64,000 nt of DNA from Octopus vulgaris (GCA_951406725.2 OX597826.1:49910001-49974000), one strand, 5' to 3'. Positions 1 to 13,980 are shown, counted from the first letter of the stretch. The notes: generated by a model not told the origin, from the letters alone. Translations and numbers: made by a program.

Positions 1-601
1 TATACTTAGTAAAACGGTATCAAGTAATTTTCACAAAGACTTTTAAATATATATTAATATATATACATATTTTTTGTAAACAAACTTATAGGCGTTTCGT
101 GTGTTGGTAATCTAAGGAAAAATAAAAGAACTCGCAAACGCAGCGAAGACAGCTCAGAAAATTCGGGTAAATACCCTTTAGATGACTGAGACAAGTAGTA
201 AGCAGATTTCCACGAGGAAGCGGACCCTGAACTTCTCAAATTCCGAAAGAGCACTCTGAACGTTAAGAGACAGATTCTCTCTTTTATAATGCTAAATAAT
301 AATTTTCTTATTATTATTATATATATATATATATTTCGTTTTTTGGATTTGGTTTGCAAGATTCTTTATATGAGTTCGTGTGTTGAAGCATATTCTGTTG
401 TGTCTGGGGAGAGTCATTCTCTTTTAGTGCCTTATTATTTAACACACTCACCGGTAAGCGGAAATGGGTCAGAGTGCTCGGTTCAACGGACAGAGTCAAG
501 ACTATTGAAAAGGTTGCAAGACGCAACGAAGATTTTAGAAAATAAAAATAAGAAATAAGTGGAAATAAGTGGTCTTTTGAAATAGAGGTACAACAGAAAC
601 A

Positions 602-836
602 AAGGCAGTGAGCTGGCAGAAACGTTAGCACGCCAGGCGAAATGCGTAGTCGTATTTCGTCTGCCGTTACGTTCTGAGTTCAAATTCTGCCGAGGTCGAC
701 TTTGCCTTTCATCCTTTCGGGGTCGATAAATTAAGTACCAGTTACGCACTGGGGTCGATGTAATCGACTTAATCCGTTTATCTGTCCTTGTTTGTCCCCT
801 CTGTATTTAGCCCCTTGTGGGTAGTAAAGAAATAGA
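602..836 (+). mobile_element. tRNA-derived SINE (Meta-domain-like, abundant octopus-type family), full length
   Basis: Box A-like TGGCAGAAACG and box B GAGTTCAAATTC; central CTTTGCCTTTCATCCTTTCGGGGTCGATAAATTAAGTACC domain; 13-bp TSD TACAACAGAAACA at 589-601 and 837-849; many other copies in the window. Confidence 0.9.
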
Positions 837-849
837 TACAACAGAAACA

Positions 850-1029
850 GGAAGAAAGAGTGAGAGAAAGTTGTAGTGGAAGAATATAGTAGGGTTCGCC
901 ACTACCTCCTGCCGGAACCTCAGAGAGATTTAGGTATTTTGGTTCAATAAACAATCAAAACGCCCGGTCTGAGAATCGAAACCGCGATCCTATGACTGCG
1001 AATACGCTGCCCTAACCACTGGGCCATTG
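850..1029 (-). mobile_element. tRNA-derived SINE (different family), interrupted by the 602-836 SINE
   Basis: Minus-strand head TGGCCCAGTGGTTAGGGCAGCG...GGTTTCGATTCTC with boxes A and B, followed by a non-tRNA body. Confidence 0.7.
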
Positions 1030-1400
1030 TCCGAGGTGTTACGCAGAAGGACTGAACACAGAACCATGTGATTGGGAAGTAAGCTTCTTACCACACAGCC
1101 ATGCCTATACTTGATATATAAAATTTGTACACCACTATAAATAATCTACACACACACACATATGTTATGTAGACATGATTATAAACAGAACATTATTCTA
1201 AACCTTGTTATTCATTTAAAACACGAGTTATGGTAAACTTCATCTACTTTCTACTGTTGCTGAAGGCCATACTGGAGCATCGCTCTACATACATTGATGT
1301 CTTGTATTGTCAAGAAAAATACCAAAAATACCTACAGCGGATTTGAACACCGTACTCCTGATTTTTAATCCACTATCTTCCATTTTATCTACTCTCTCTC

Positions 1401-1437
<37 letters not shown>

Positions 1438-1750
1438 TTCTAGCTCGCTAGCTCGCTCTCTCGTCCTCCTTCTCTCTCCACTTCTCGCTATCTCTCTCTC
1501 CCTCTCTACCTCTCTTCCCCTCCTCTGTTCCTGAGCACATATACGAATAGATATATACGTATACACACAGACATAAATACGCACATATAGACGCACATAT
1601 ATTTACATATCCTTATATATGTGTATTTATGTATGTCTGTATAATATATATAAATACACATACGCATATGTATGTACATATGTAAACATACACACATATT
1701 CAAATACGCATATATACTTATAAATGTATATATCTACACACCCTCACTGA

Positions 1751-1781
<31 letters not shown>

Positions 1782-2002
1782 TACATATATGAATGTATTT
1801 ATGCGTACGCGTATTCTTTGTTACTATGTTAAATAGTAAATCACCTGATAAAACAAGTTGCTAATCCCAGAGATTAAAGATTTATCGCTATCCATTTTAT
1901 CAGATATATACACTCACACACAAGGAAGGCCATCCTTCAGAATGTTTTCTCTTTGTTTCACTGGCATAAACCTTATATCTTATGCATACTTTCACACACA
2001 CG

Positions 2003-2045
<43 letters not shown>

Positions 2046-2312
2046 TTGTGTGCGTGTGTGTGTTTATGACAGACACTCTACCATTGGATCAAGAACCTTT
2101 CGAATATCTTTGTCTATTTTGGAGACTTTTTTTTTTTGCTAGCAAGAATTGTATGCTTGTTGACGTCATAAGAATTTTATAAACTTCCGGGAGAACGTGC
2201 AGTAATTCTTTTTTGGGAATCATGAGGTTGTAAAAATGTGTACGCGAAAAGCTCTTATGAGTAAAAAAAAAATTTGTATGTGAAAAACTCTAATGAGTAG
2301 AAAACGTCGAAG

Positions 2313-2379
2313 GCTGTCCGTGCGAGCCGAACCCACATCGCCTGGAGACTTTATAGGCGCTCTACCATTGGACCAAAGC
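2313..2379 (-). pseudogene. tRNA-like sequence within a ~284-bp tandem unit
   Basis: GGTCCAATGGTAGAGC D-arm/box A, CGCCT/AGGCG stem and GGGTTCGGCTC T-arm/box B; the anticodon loop is 11 nt, so it is not a functional tRNA. Confidence 0.55.
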
Positions 2380-3104
2380 AACACCTCGAAGTTATCTGTC
2401 CATTTTAGTAACTTTATTTTTACCAGTGAGAAATATATATTTTTGACAGCATAAAAAAAAATTTTATAAACATATTTATGGGAGATGTAGGTTGGGATTC
2501 CTCAATCATCGCTTTGTTCGTCACAGCAGAACAGTTTCTGACTGATGAGACATAACATGTCGAAACACAGGTGACAGAGAATCACCTGTGCTTATGAGTC
2601 GAGTATGTTACGAACACATAGTCGTAAACAAGAAGCGGCAACAGTGGCAACTGGCGTATTCACGTTTGAATCTGCCAGAATGTATCAAGAATAAATATGG
2701 CAAACAACATTTAGAATCTTGCTATTCACCGTAACGATATCAATTTCTCTCTCTCTTTCCCTTTCTCTCTCTCTCTCTCTCTCTTTCCCTCTCTAGCTAT
2801 CTATCTATTTATATATCTATCTTTCTCTGCCTGTCTGTTTGTCTGTTTCTCTCTCTCTTTCTAACAGACGCTGAGGACGGGTAACCATTCAGAAACTCGA
2901 GTCTGTGTGTATCACGTAAGGCTAGAGTTGGGAGCGATGACCACTCCTAACAAAAACTAATCGGACGCAGAATGTGTGTCGTTAGCCAGTTGGAGGAGAT
3001 GTCTTCTGGGGCTATAAACGTCAGTAGCACTGTCCTGTATAGGACGCTACACTTAGGTGGCAAATATATGTTACGGTTCCGCACAGAGGTTTAATAAATA
3101 TATA

Positions 3105-3512
3105 TTCTTTTATTCTTTTATTTGTTTGAGTCATTTGACAGCGGTCATGCTTCAGCACCACCTGTAGTCGCCCAAATCGATACCAGGACTTATCCTTTGT
3201 AAGCCTAGTACTTATTCTATCGGTTCTTTTACTGAATCGTTAAGTTACGAGAACGTAAAGACACGAACATCAATGTCAAGAGATGGTGGGGTGACAAACA
3301 CAGACACACAAACACACACACACACACATATATATGTGTGTGTGTGTGTGTGTATACGACGAGCTTCTGTCAGTTTTCGTCTATCAAAACCAATCACAAT
3401 GCTTTGGTTAGCCCGAGGTTATAGTAGAAGACACTTGCCCAAGGTGCTACGCAGTGGGTCTCAACCCGAAACCGTGTGGTTGGCTAGCAAGTTACTTGCC
3501 ATACAGTCACTC
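3105..3512 (-). mobile_element. CORE-type SINE with internal microsatellite (octopus OR2-like)
   Basis: Reverse complement of the family seen at 55685-56108 (GGCACCTTGGGCAAGTGTCTTCT core; GCTCCAGCATGGCCGCAGTCAAATGACTGAAAC-like tail). Confidence 0.85.
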
Positions 3513-3563
3513 CGGTATATACTGTCACTTATGTATATAGGTATATATACATTTATGTATATA

Positions 3564-3613
<50 letters not shown>

Positions 3614-4060
3614 TACATAAATGTATATATATGTATATATATACGTATGTATATATATATATATATATGTATATATATGTATGTATATACATATATATAT
3701 ATATACAATATATATATATACAACGTGTACAATAACAAAAAATACGAAGTTCGAGTACATGGAAAATGAACTATTTTTTCGAACTACAAAAGATACAAAA
3801 AGAGAAAACAAGACAAACAACATAAAGAATGACCCTTCATCAGGTGTTGGCTGTTTTACTACTCTTGTGTTTCGAGCATTTAACAACAATATACGCTTTC
3901 GATAAAACAGTTGTCCCGCAAAGCAAATTAATAAAATTTGTGATTTTGCGGAGGGTCAAAATAGGTAACACAAACGGGACAGTATATATGTATGTATGTA
4001 TTTATGTATGTATGTATGTATGTATGTATGTATGTATGTATGTATGTATGTATGTATGTG

Positions 4061-4164
<104 letters not shown>

Positions 4165-5427
4165 CAGACAGATAAATAGACAGATGTATATATATGTATA
4201 TACACACATCAGTGAGAGCTAAGTATGTTCTGTATAGAAAACGCAGAGTTGTGCCCAAAATTCTTGCCTTGTTGAAACAGATGTCGAGATAAGACGTTAC
4301 ATATTTTAGATATTTTTTCTTTAATTTTATTTTTATTCTTTAATTTTGTGCTCCATCTAAATATATTATCAAGTCTAATTGAATTAATTTACCACACTAC
4401 CTCTCTGGTATGTATGTATGTATGTATGTATGTATGTATGTATGTATGTATGTATGTATGTACGTACAGACATATACATATATTATTTTTATGCGTTGTC
4501 ATAATAGGAGCGACAACCAGTTGTTAGAGCTCTATCTATACATTTATACATACATCATGCATATGTATATATATCTTTGGAATGTCTTTGACCGTATGTC
4601 TGTTCATTTAGGGTTGACCTATGCCTATACAACACCACTACCAACAACAACACCTGTGTATCTCCGCAACCCCACCCCCACAGAGAAACTCAGATACAAC
4701 GGATCTCTCGTTTGATTCACCCCCGCCGCCACCCTCACAGATTTAACCACCCTTCATGCTTCGATACACTTCAGTAGCACAGTTGGTACCAATACCTATA
4801 AACTAATCACTTACATGTGATATCTCTCGCGCCTCCCCCCCCCCCCACACACACACACACAAACACGTACACATATACACACATGCACACATACACACTC
4901 ACACGCACATATAGTCATACATATCCACGTACATATACATACTCACAAGCGCACACAAACGCAACTACATCACAAATATACTGTACTTACAATATACTTA
5001 CGGGTTTGCTTCGTACCCCCTTTTTTATCGACACCAGTACGCAAACACAGATACACACACACACACATAAATACATACACACATACATTTTCATAACTCC
5101 CACCCCCTCATACGAACACCTTCCTCTATTATACACACTTGTTTGCTCTCGGTTTTTTTTCAAACTCATGACCCACGATAGTATACTCACTCCTTCCCCT
5201 CCCCCCTCTACGTAGGCTTTACACCACACAGCCTCTCGCAAATCTCTCCTACACCGACAGCCCACCCCACGTCTAGAAATACCCTACCCTTTAAAACTTT
5301 TACCTCCCCACGCAGCCCCTACTTCCTGCCAAGTGAACAAATCTCAAAGACAAAGAAATATTTCAACTTTAACGGCTTTTTCGATTTCCTCTTTCAGACA
5401 TTTCCTTCCCCTTCTTTCCATTTTTAT

Positions 5428-5476
<49 letters not shown>

Positions 5477-5919
5477 CACACACACATGCACACATACACA
5501 CACGCACATATATATATATATATATATATACTACAGAGAGGGACGGGGTTCTTCGTCCCTGGGACTACTAAGGCCGGTTACCCGGTTTCCATGGCATATA
5601 AGTAACAGGGGCCTAAAGATTTCTTGAACGGAAGGCTGGTCCCTTGCAGCGTTCAAGACCAGTAATTTTAGAAGAAAGAACAAGTTGATTACATCAACCC
5701 TTGTATTTGACCGGACCTCTATTTTATCGATCTTGAAGAGATGAAAGGCAAAGTTGATCCCGGCGAAATTTGTACTCATAAAGGCAAGAGCTGGAAGAAA
5801 CACCGTTGAGGATTTTATCCGGCATGTTAATAATTCTGTAAAGTCCTCGAAGAAGGTTCTGTAAAGTCCTCAGTGAAATATGAGAGGTCAATTGAGAAAG
5901 CAGTGCTTGTCATCGCCAC

Positions 5920-6187
5920 TTCAACAGCCACGATGATGCGAGTTCCAGTTAATCGTATTCGGAAAATTAATGTGCATGTGGCTGAGCACTCCATAGACAC
6001 GAGTGCTCTTAATGTAGTGCTCAGGGAGATTAAGCGTGACACTAGGTGTGACTTTACTTTCAGCTGAGTGGAGTGGAACAATATGAAATAAAGTGTCTCG
6101 CTCAAGGACACAACTGCTCCCGGGTATCGAACTTATGACTTTTCGATCGTGAGTCCAACAGCCCAGCCACTAAGCCACGCGCCTTCA
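5920..6187 (-). mobile_element. tRNA/CORE SINE, same family as 45206-45533
   Basis: Minus-strand head GAAGGCGCGTGGCTTAGTGG...GTTCGATACC and TGTGTCCTTGAGCGAGACACTTT core. Confidence 0.85.
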
Positions 6188-8652
6188 TCCAGTGGAGGTA
6201 ACAAGCAAGGAAAAGAGTAAGGATTTTCGAGAGAAAAATCCCATTTTTTACGCAAAATTTAAGGAAGCTACTCGAAAACACACCACCGGTGTAGTGAATG
6301 GAGGAAGCTTGATCTGCAATGTCTGTTGTATAAGACATTGCATCTCGGTATAACGTATTTATTCGGAATAAAAATTCATTACTGAATATACTCCGGTTAA
6401 ATTTACTATTTAAAAATAGAATTAAATCTTTATAAGAATTTATCAAGTAGTTGGTGTGAAAAACCTCATAAGAGAAAAATCCATCAATTTTTCTCTTAAA
6501 TATATCTATTTATATTATATAGAGGGCATTACTATACATATATGTCACGCGCTAGGAGGGACACTTAAAGTAAAAACTACTAAAATAAGTAAACACGTTA
6601 TACCGAGATGCAATTCGTAAAAGCCCGCCATTTACATAGATGTATAAAGGATGAACATTTCTATATGCTACGTTGGATACATTGGTTGTTCGTCTGGTAT
6701 GTTGATTTTTGTTCATTCATTATAAATCTTGAATTATGCGTGCACTGACGATTAAAAAGTGCATTTCTGCACTAATTATGAAATCATGTGAATTGTAGCT
6801 GAATTCTGTTTTTAAGTGGCTAGCTTCGAGAGTTGCATTTCCTCGCTTTCAGTACGAATTGGGCGAAATTAAATACGATTAAGTGTGCCAGTAATTTCAA
6901 AGACAGACGAGCTTTGTCACTATGACCCGATGATCCAGCCTCAGGATTACGTTGGAATACTCAGAGACTTTCTGTACAAGACACCTGATGAAAGCTGGAG
7001 GTGAATAATCATTATTGAAACGGGCGGAGGATGCATTACTTTTTGCTCTGTGTATAGAGTGGGTGCCTGGCTATGCTTATTTGGCTCCGTAAGTAGTTGC
7101 CTGTGTGTAACTATGTGTGAGGCTGTACGTTTGCATGTTTGTAGCTGTGCGTGTAATGTGTATATGAAAAGCATTATGAGGCCATGTGTGACTATGTATA
7201 TGTGTGTATTTGTGCGTATATATATGTGTGTGTTTGTGTGTATATGTATATTTGTGTGTACGTGTGTGTATGTATGTAGGCATGTGTGTGTGTGTATATG
7301 TATATTTGTGTGTACGTGTGTGTATGTATGTAGGCTTGTGTGTGTGTGTCCATGTGCGCGCGCCCGTGTGTTTGGATGAGGAAGGATGTAGCTTGGCCAG
7401 ATTTCGCTTCATAATGACGAGGTTCTGTGTTCAATCCTACAGCAAGGCATCTTGTCTCTTACACCATTATTTTCACGTCGATCCAAGCCTTGCAAGGAAG
7501 CACGAATTTATGGAAACTGTGTTGAAGACCGTTTGATAGAGAAAATCCGTAATTTAAAAGCTCTAGCCTCGTCACACAGCGTCATGCTGATTCTGTTGAA
7601 TAATTACTTTATGGTGTCACATGACCTAGTGAAATGTACACCCACTTAATAGATTAATTCAAGGATCAGGTTGTTCAATTAATCGAATCGAACAACTTGA
7701 ACAGTCATCGAAGTCATCGTCGACGCCGACGGAGGTCCATTTACCATTTTTACTATGAGTATTTGTTTGTGATTATATTTGACAGTCATACATGCTTTAG
7801 ATGAAGACACGTTGGGATGTGAGACCACGTGATATAACATTGAAAGATCGGTCGATGACCAGAAAAAGGAAAAGGAGAGTTTAGGGGGAAACGTGTTTTG
7901 CGATCCGGTTTCAATTCTTTGTTGCAATTATTTCACTTCAGTTACGTCACTGGTGACCTTGATATGACAACAAACAAAACGACACCCAAGACAGAATTAC
8001 CGTTTTGCTTTGACCCAGCCACACTCCTTCCTCTGTTTCAGAATGAATCTGGTTCAAGCAATGAGAAACCATTCTAGTGCACCCTTCCGTGAGACATGAG
8101 CAGATCATAACAAACTAGGAGCGAAAGCGGAAGTTCTGCAAAACACAAAAGAAAAGTGGTTTTGATGTGGTTGTATATTGTTTTATAACGGAAAGCATAT
8201 ACGCACGCACACACATGCATACACACACACACATATACATACACACGCGCGCTCGCGTACACACATTCACATACATACGTACATATATGCACACATACAT
8301 ACACGTTTGTGGAGGTGTATACGCGTATATTGCAAATATATGTGCGTGAGTGCATCTATTTCTATGAATGTATGTGTTAGTATTCACTCAAACACATATG
8401 CGCGCACGTAATAAGTCATTACGTAGATTTCTATACTCTTTTATTCTTTCATTCTTTGGTTCAGTCATTTGACTGCAGCCATGCTGGAGCACCGTTTTTA
8501 GTCGAACAAATTGACCCCAGGAGCCATTCTTATCGGTCTCTTTTGTCGAACCGCTAAGTTACGGGGACGTGAACGCACCAACATCGATTGTCAAGTAATG
8601 GTGGGGGGAACAAACACAGACATACAAACACATACATACATACATACATACA

Positions 8653-8772
<120 letters not shown>

Positions 8773-9210
8773 TGAGTGTATTTTTACCTTGTTAACAATT
8801 AACACGGAAAAATAAATAAATACCATTTATTCTTTTGAATAGTATCAGTGGAATTTTCGAAACATGTGTAGAAAATAAAAATACTTGTTTAAACCTGCGT
8901 TAACTCCATTTTTTATTCATATATATATATATATAATAGTGGGATACGGAAATAGGTTTTAGTGGGAACATAGGCTTTAGAATGAGCATATGTTTGCATA
9001 TGTATACCCATAGTTAAATATAGGTAATATACTGGTAGTGTAATGGATACTTCTATCCTTTAGACGGTTATTGTAACCTCTAACTCAACTAACATTATAT
9101 ATATATATATATATATTTGTATGTATGTATGTATGCATGTATACATACATATGTATACATAGACACACATATATATATATATATATACATACATACATAC
9201 ATACACACAC

Positions 9211-9305
<95 letters not shown>

Positions 9306-10017
9306 AGAAGAAATGAGGTACTCAGAAAATCGGATGGTTTATATTTACAGATATTTATTTGTATATTACATTTTTTATACATCATATAACTTAGATCATG
9401 TATTAGCGCTTTCTCCCATTCTAGTGGGGTTTTCAAATCAAACTAAGTTCCTGGGTGAAAAGTTTTGACCATTTTATAGTGGTATTGAGTTTGTAGTGGT
9501 GGGGAGGAATATAAGACAGTACAAGAGGGTGATGGATGAGGAGAAAGTGAGAGAGAGCATGTGTGTGTGTGTGTGTGTGTTTGTATTTGGAATGAGTGCT
9601 AAAGAAAAAGAGGGGAAGGGAGAGAGAAGAAGAAAAGAATTTTTTTGCTCTATATATACATGTACATATACATAGATACACGCATATTTGCGTGTGTATG
9701 CTTGTGTCTTTGTGTTTGTGTTTGCCCTCACTACCGCTTGATGATCAATGTTGGTTTGTTTACGTCCTCTTAACTAGCAAAAGTGACCGATAGAATAAAT
9801 ATCAGGCTTTAAAAATAAATTAGTACTGGGGTTGATTTGATCGGCTATAACCCATCACGGTGCGCCCGCATGGTCGCAGTCCAATGACTAAAACCAGTAA
9901 ACACACAGATAAAAGATGAAAGAAGTTTCGTCTCTGAAATCTCAAGAAATATCAGAGCAGGACGGAAAGCATTTACCTCAATTAAAGAAATGTTAAAAGC
10001 CAACCTGGTCAAGAACC

Positions 10018-10390
10018 TGAAGCTTTCTTCCCAACCACATGGTTCCGGGTTCAGTCCCACTGCATGGCACCTTGGTCTTCTACTATAGCCTCGGTTCAAC
10101 TAAAGCCTTGTGACTGGATTTGGTTGATGGAAACTGAAAGAAATGCGTCATGTATATGTATATCTATTTATGTGGGTGTATCTTTGTTTCCGCGTTTGTT
10201 CCTCCCCCCAACCACCACCATCGCTTGAAAACCGGCGTTGGTGTGTTTACGTTCACGCGGCAAAACTGCCCTATAGAGTACTAGGCTTACAAAGAATAAG
10301 TCTTGGGGTCTAATTCTTCAACTAAAAGCCCCTTTAAGATGGTGCTCTAGCATGGCCGCAGTCAAGTGACTGAAACAAGTAGAAAAATAA
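10018..10390 (+). mobile_element. CORE-type SINE (OR2-like)
   Basis: Colinear with 55685-56108. Further partial copies at about 1030-1105, 8438-8640, 9690-9910, 34600-34800, 35427-35590, 38505-38645, 39255-39460 and 40015-40165. Confidence 0.85.
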
Positions 10391-10448
10391 ATTCCAGTCA
10401 ATGACGCTTGCAAATTAAATATAGACACTTTATGTATAATTCGAAATC

Positions 10449-10516
<68 letters not shown>

Positions 10517-11087
10517 CATACATACATACGTATGTATACTTATACCTCTGTGAGTTTGTATACATCTTTTATGTTTTACTTGATCCAGTCATTGGACTGT
10601 GGCCATGCTGGGGCACTGCCTGGAAGAATTTTTAGTCGAATGAATCGACCCCAGTACTTGATTTTGTAAAGCATGGCACTCATCCCAGGGGACGGGAAAG
10701 TCGATTACAACGGCCCTAGTATTTGACGGGTACTTATTTTATCGACCCTGAAAGTATAAATGGCAAAATCTACTTTGGCGGAATTTCAACTCCGAATGTA
10801 AAAAGACAGATGGAATGCGTTGAAGCATTTTTGTCCGACGTGATAAATATTCAGCCGGCTCGTCGCCTTATAATAGATGGCACGCACACACACACACACA
10901 CACACATGCACACGCATACACACAGTGTACATACATATATATATGTATGCATGTGTGTGTGTATGTATCTATGTACATATATATAAATGGAAAATCTCAA
11001 AATCACTTATCTTACACTGATAATTCATAGTCGTCTGATATATTTGTATACATACATACACACACACATTCATACATGCATTTATGC

Positions 11088-11159
<72 letters not shown>

Positions 11160-11553
11160 CATGTATTGATAATTGATATATATATATGTGTGTGTGTGTG
11201 TGTGTATGTGTGTAAGTATAAGCATATGTATGAATATGTATATATATATATATATATATTTACATGTATGTGTGTGTGCATTTATAAGATATATATATAT
11301 ACAGGGTTTTATCAGGTGTTTTGTATATACACACATATATGAGTGTGTGCCTTTGTGGGTGTGCGTATGTATCAAATAACTGATAATATCTACTGATCTA
11401 AATATACATAAACATAGATACACACGCACACATATATACACATACATATATATATTGACACACACACACACACATATATATATAAATATATACATGTATA
11501 CGCATATATGTATGTGTATATATATACATATATATATATATACATATATATAC

Positions 11554-11694
<141 letters not shown>

Positions 11695-12047
11695 ATGATT
11701 CAGAAATACAGAAATAGATTGAGCAGTAGAGAGTACATCGTGCACTCCCCCACTGTCACACTGTTATAGTACGCCCCAGCCATATGATTAGACACTGCAT
11801 ATTTGCTGAGCATTCAACAGTTGAGGGTGGGGTTGGATAGATCTGGAGATATGGATCACTGAACGGCAACCAGTCATTCGGTTGAGTAAGTCCATGGCCA
11901 TATGTCAGTTCTGTCTATTTCTGTTCACCAATTTTCAGTAAACACGTTTTGCCTCTTTGAATGTCAATCTAAATTTGTCAGTGGTGCGCCTAGCTTATCA
12001 AAATTTGATTTTTCCTTAAAATATGTCAATTTTCTTTTTCTTTTTAG

Positions 12048-12157
12048 TATGATGCTGAAGGTAGGAATGTAAAAGTTCTGTTCAATGATGAGGCATACAT
12101 TGCTCAAAGTGTCATCATCACGTATTTTGGGGGAAAAGCGGAAATATCCGGAAAATT
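12048..12157 (+). CDS. Candidate isolated internal exon (YDAEGRNVKVLFNDEAYIAQSVIITYFGGKAEISGK)
   Basis: Polypyrimidine acceptor TTTCTTTTTCTTTTTAG, 110-nt open frame of complex sequence and GTAAGT donor; no homologue recognised. Confidence 0.3.
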
Positions 12158-13029
12158 GTAAGTTTTGTGGTGATGGTCATAGCAGGATTTATTTGATAGC
12201 ATTGCTTTCACAGGAAGATATCTACAATAGTATTTAAAATTACTTTATATCATTAAGGCATTGTGTCTTTCACATCAGTTTATTTTAAAGATAATTTTAA
12301 AATGACTTGGAACTACACAAAAAATGTCAAAAATATAATTGTAAACAAAGTTTATATAATATTATATACAAGAATTATAAAGACCACACCCTTAGATCTT
12401 CAACAATTACAAACACCCAAAATTTGAAGAACGCGAAGATGATATGCGTGAAATTGAATGAGGGAATTGATGGATTGATTGGTATCGCAGGAAATTCTAG
12501 AAGAACACTAGAGTCTGACTGGTCCTGAGATTAGTTGTGTTGTTGAGCAATAATTCGCAGAAACGCATGATAGAGATGTTGATAAAGGGCTTCGTTATCG
12601 TGAAGATGGAGATGCATGTCAACACCTTTTTCGGTGTCATATTATAAGCATGCTGGATGCCATTCTGAGTATAAAGAATCTGTTTGAGGAAACCAGCGTA
12701 GATGTGGTAACATTAGACAATCATTTGCACAGTAATGAGTTTGGTGTGGCCCCAGTCCGTGTTATAGAATCCAGAGACAAGTACAACATAACTGGATGGC
12801 TGTTGCGCGGTCGGCAGCAGCGACGAGAGCGGCACGTTAGCAGGGCCGATGAAGTTAAAATGCAAGGGGGCCCGGCCGCGGCTTACGAATTTCGAGGATC
12901 GCAAATGGAATCCCGTTCAAAGCGATACCAAAAATGAAATTATCTTTTAAGGTACAAGTCAAGAAAAATAATCGATCGTTTTCTAATAGACAGAAATTTC
13001 ATTAGAAGGCACCACTGATTAAAAAATGT

Positions 13030-13264
13030 ACGGTACATCAAGCAGCATACAGACTTGTTCAACTGGATTACCACGGTGAGAATTTGAAGGAATTTTTTCC
13101 GTCCGAAATCTTCCCCGTATCTAGAAAACAAATTTCACAACTTGCAAAATAAACAGCGATGCCACTTGAAGTAACTGCTAGCTCTCACTGCACACGCAAC
13201 CGTGTGCTGCCATCTGTTGACGCGCTACAGGACTAGTCCAGGAACTTTTTGATACCACCGCATA
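13030..13264. mobile_element. Mariner-type terminal fragment
   Basis: Ends in GTCCAGGAACTTTTTGATACCACCGCATA, resembling a mariner TIR and the TIR at 18748-18775. Confidence 0.5.
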
Positions 13265-13980
13265 CCTGCTCCCCCCTCTCTCTTCTGAGGAGGCTCCCAA
13301 TTTCTTTACTTTGACCAAAATTGTTAACATCCTAGCATGCATTGCATAAACTAGTTCAACCAGCGATTTGATTGAAGATGCAGAATTAGTGGCACCAGGA
13401 GCTCTAGAGAGTTAGTAGCACCAGAGAAGTAATAACACGAGAGAGATAATTGTTACACAGAGTTAGCGGTACCAGAGAAGTAATGGTTCTAGGAAGTTAG
13501 TAGATCACATAATTTTTACGTTTATCATTATTGATGGTGGAGGACTGATACACACACATTCTTGAGTAGCTGTCAAGGGATTTCTTTTTTGATAGTTCGA
13601 GAAAATTTTCTATCCAAGAATCCAGCATGATTTAAAATAGTAAGAGCAGATATTGTAGAATCAGTAACACATGTTGTGAACCAAAGGTGGCATAATGGAT
13701 AAATGAGAAACTAATAGTAGCAAAGTCCTTGGAAACTGCCATAATTTTTTTGTAAATGCTGATGTCAGCGTGTGAGTTTCTATGCCTTTCGATAAAACTT
13801 ATAAAAGTACAATCCCAAAGGGTGCAAATTACTCGAATCTAAGGGCCCAATACCAATCCATGCATACTGTGGTTATGCATGCAAGGGTACCAGTGCATTG
13901 TTTTCTTTGGGGGTCTATAAGGTTGTTATGACGGACCTGTATCAAATGTTCAAGAAAGATTGTAAGAAAATCAATGGCAA

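Noticed and set aside
205-262. ACGAGGA..GGA/TCC-GAAA-GAGCAC-TC hammerhead-like string
   Set aside because: Corrupted first box and poor stem I; compatible with chance
6985-7030. CTGATGA...GAAA hammerhead
   Set aside because: No stem II or III pairing and no UH; at most a truncated remnant
7700-7745. Tc1-like C-terminus IEVIVDADGGPF
   Set aside because: Only about 12 residues of similarity with no supporting TIR
13395-13505. Short spaced repeats (AGTTAGTAGCACCAGAGAAGTAAT) as a CRISPR-like array
   Set aside because: Degenerate minisatellite in eukaryotic DNA with no unique spacers and no cas genes
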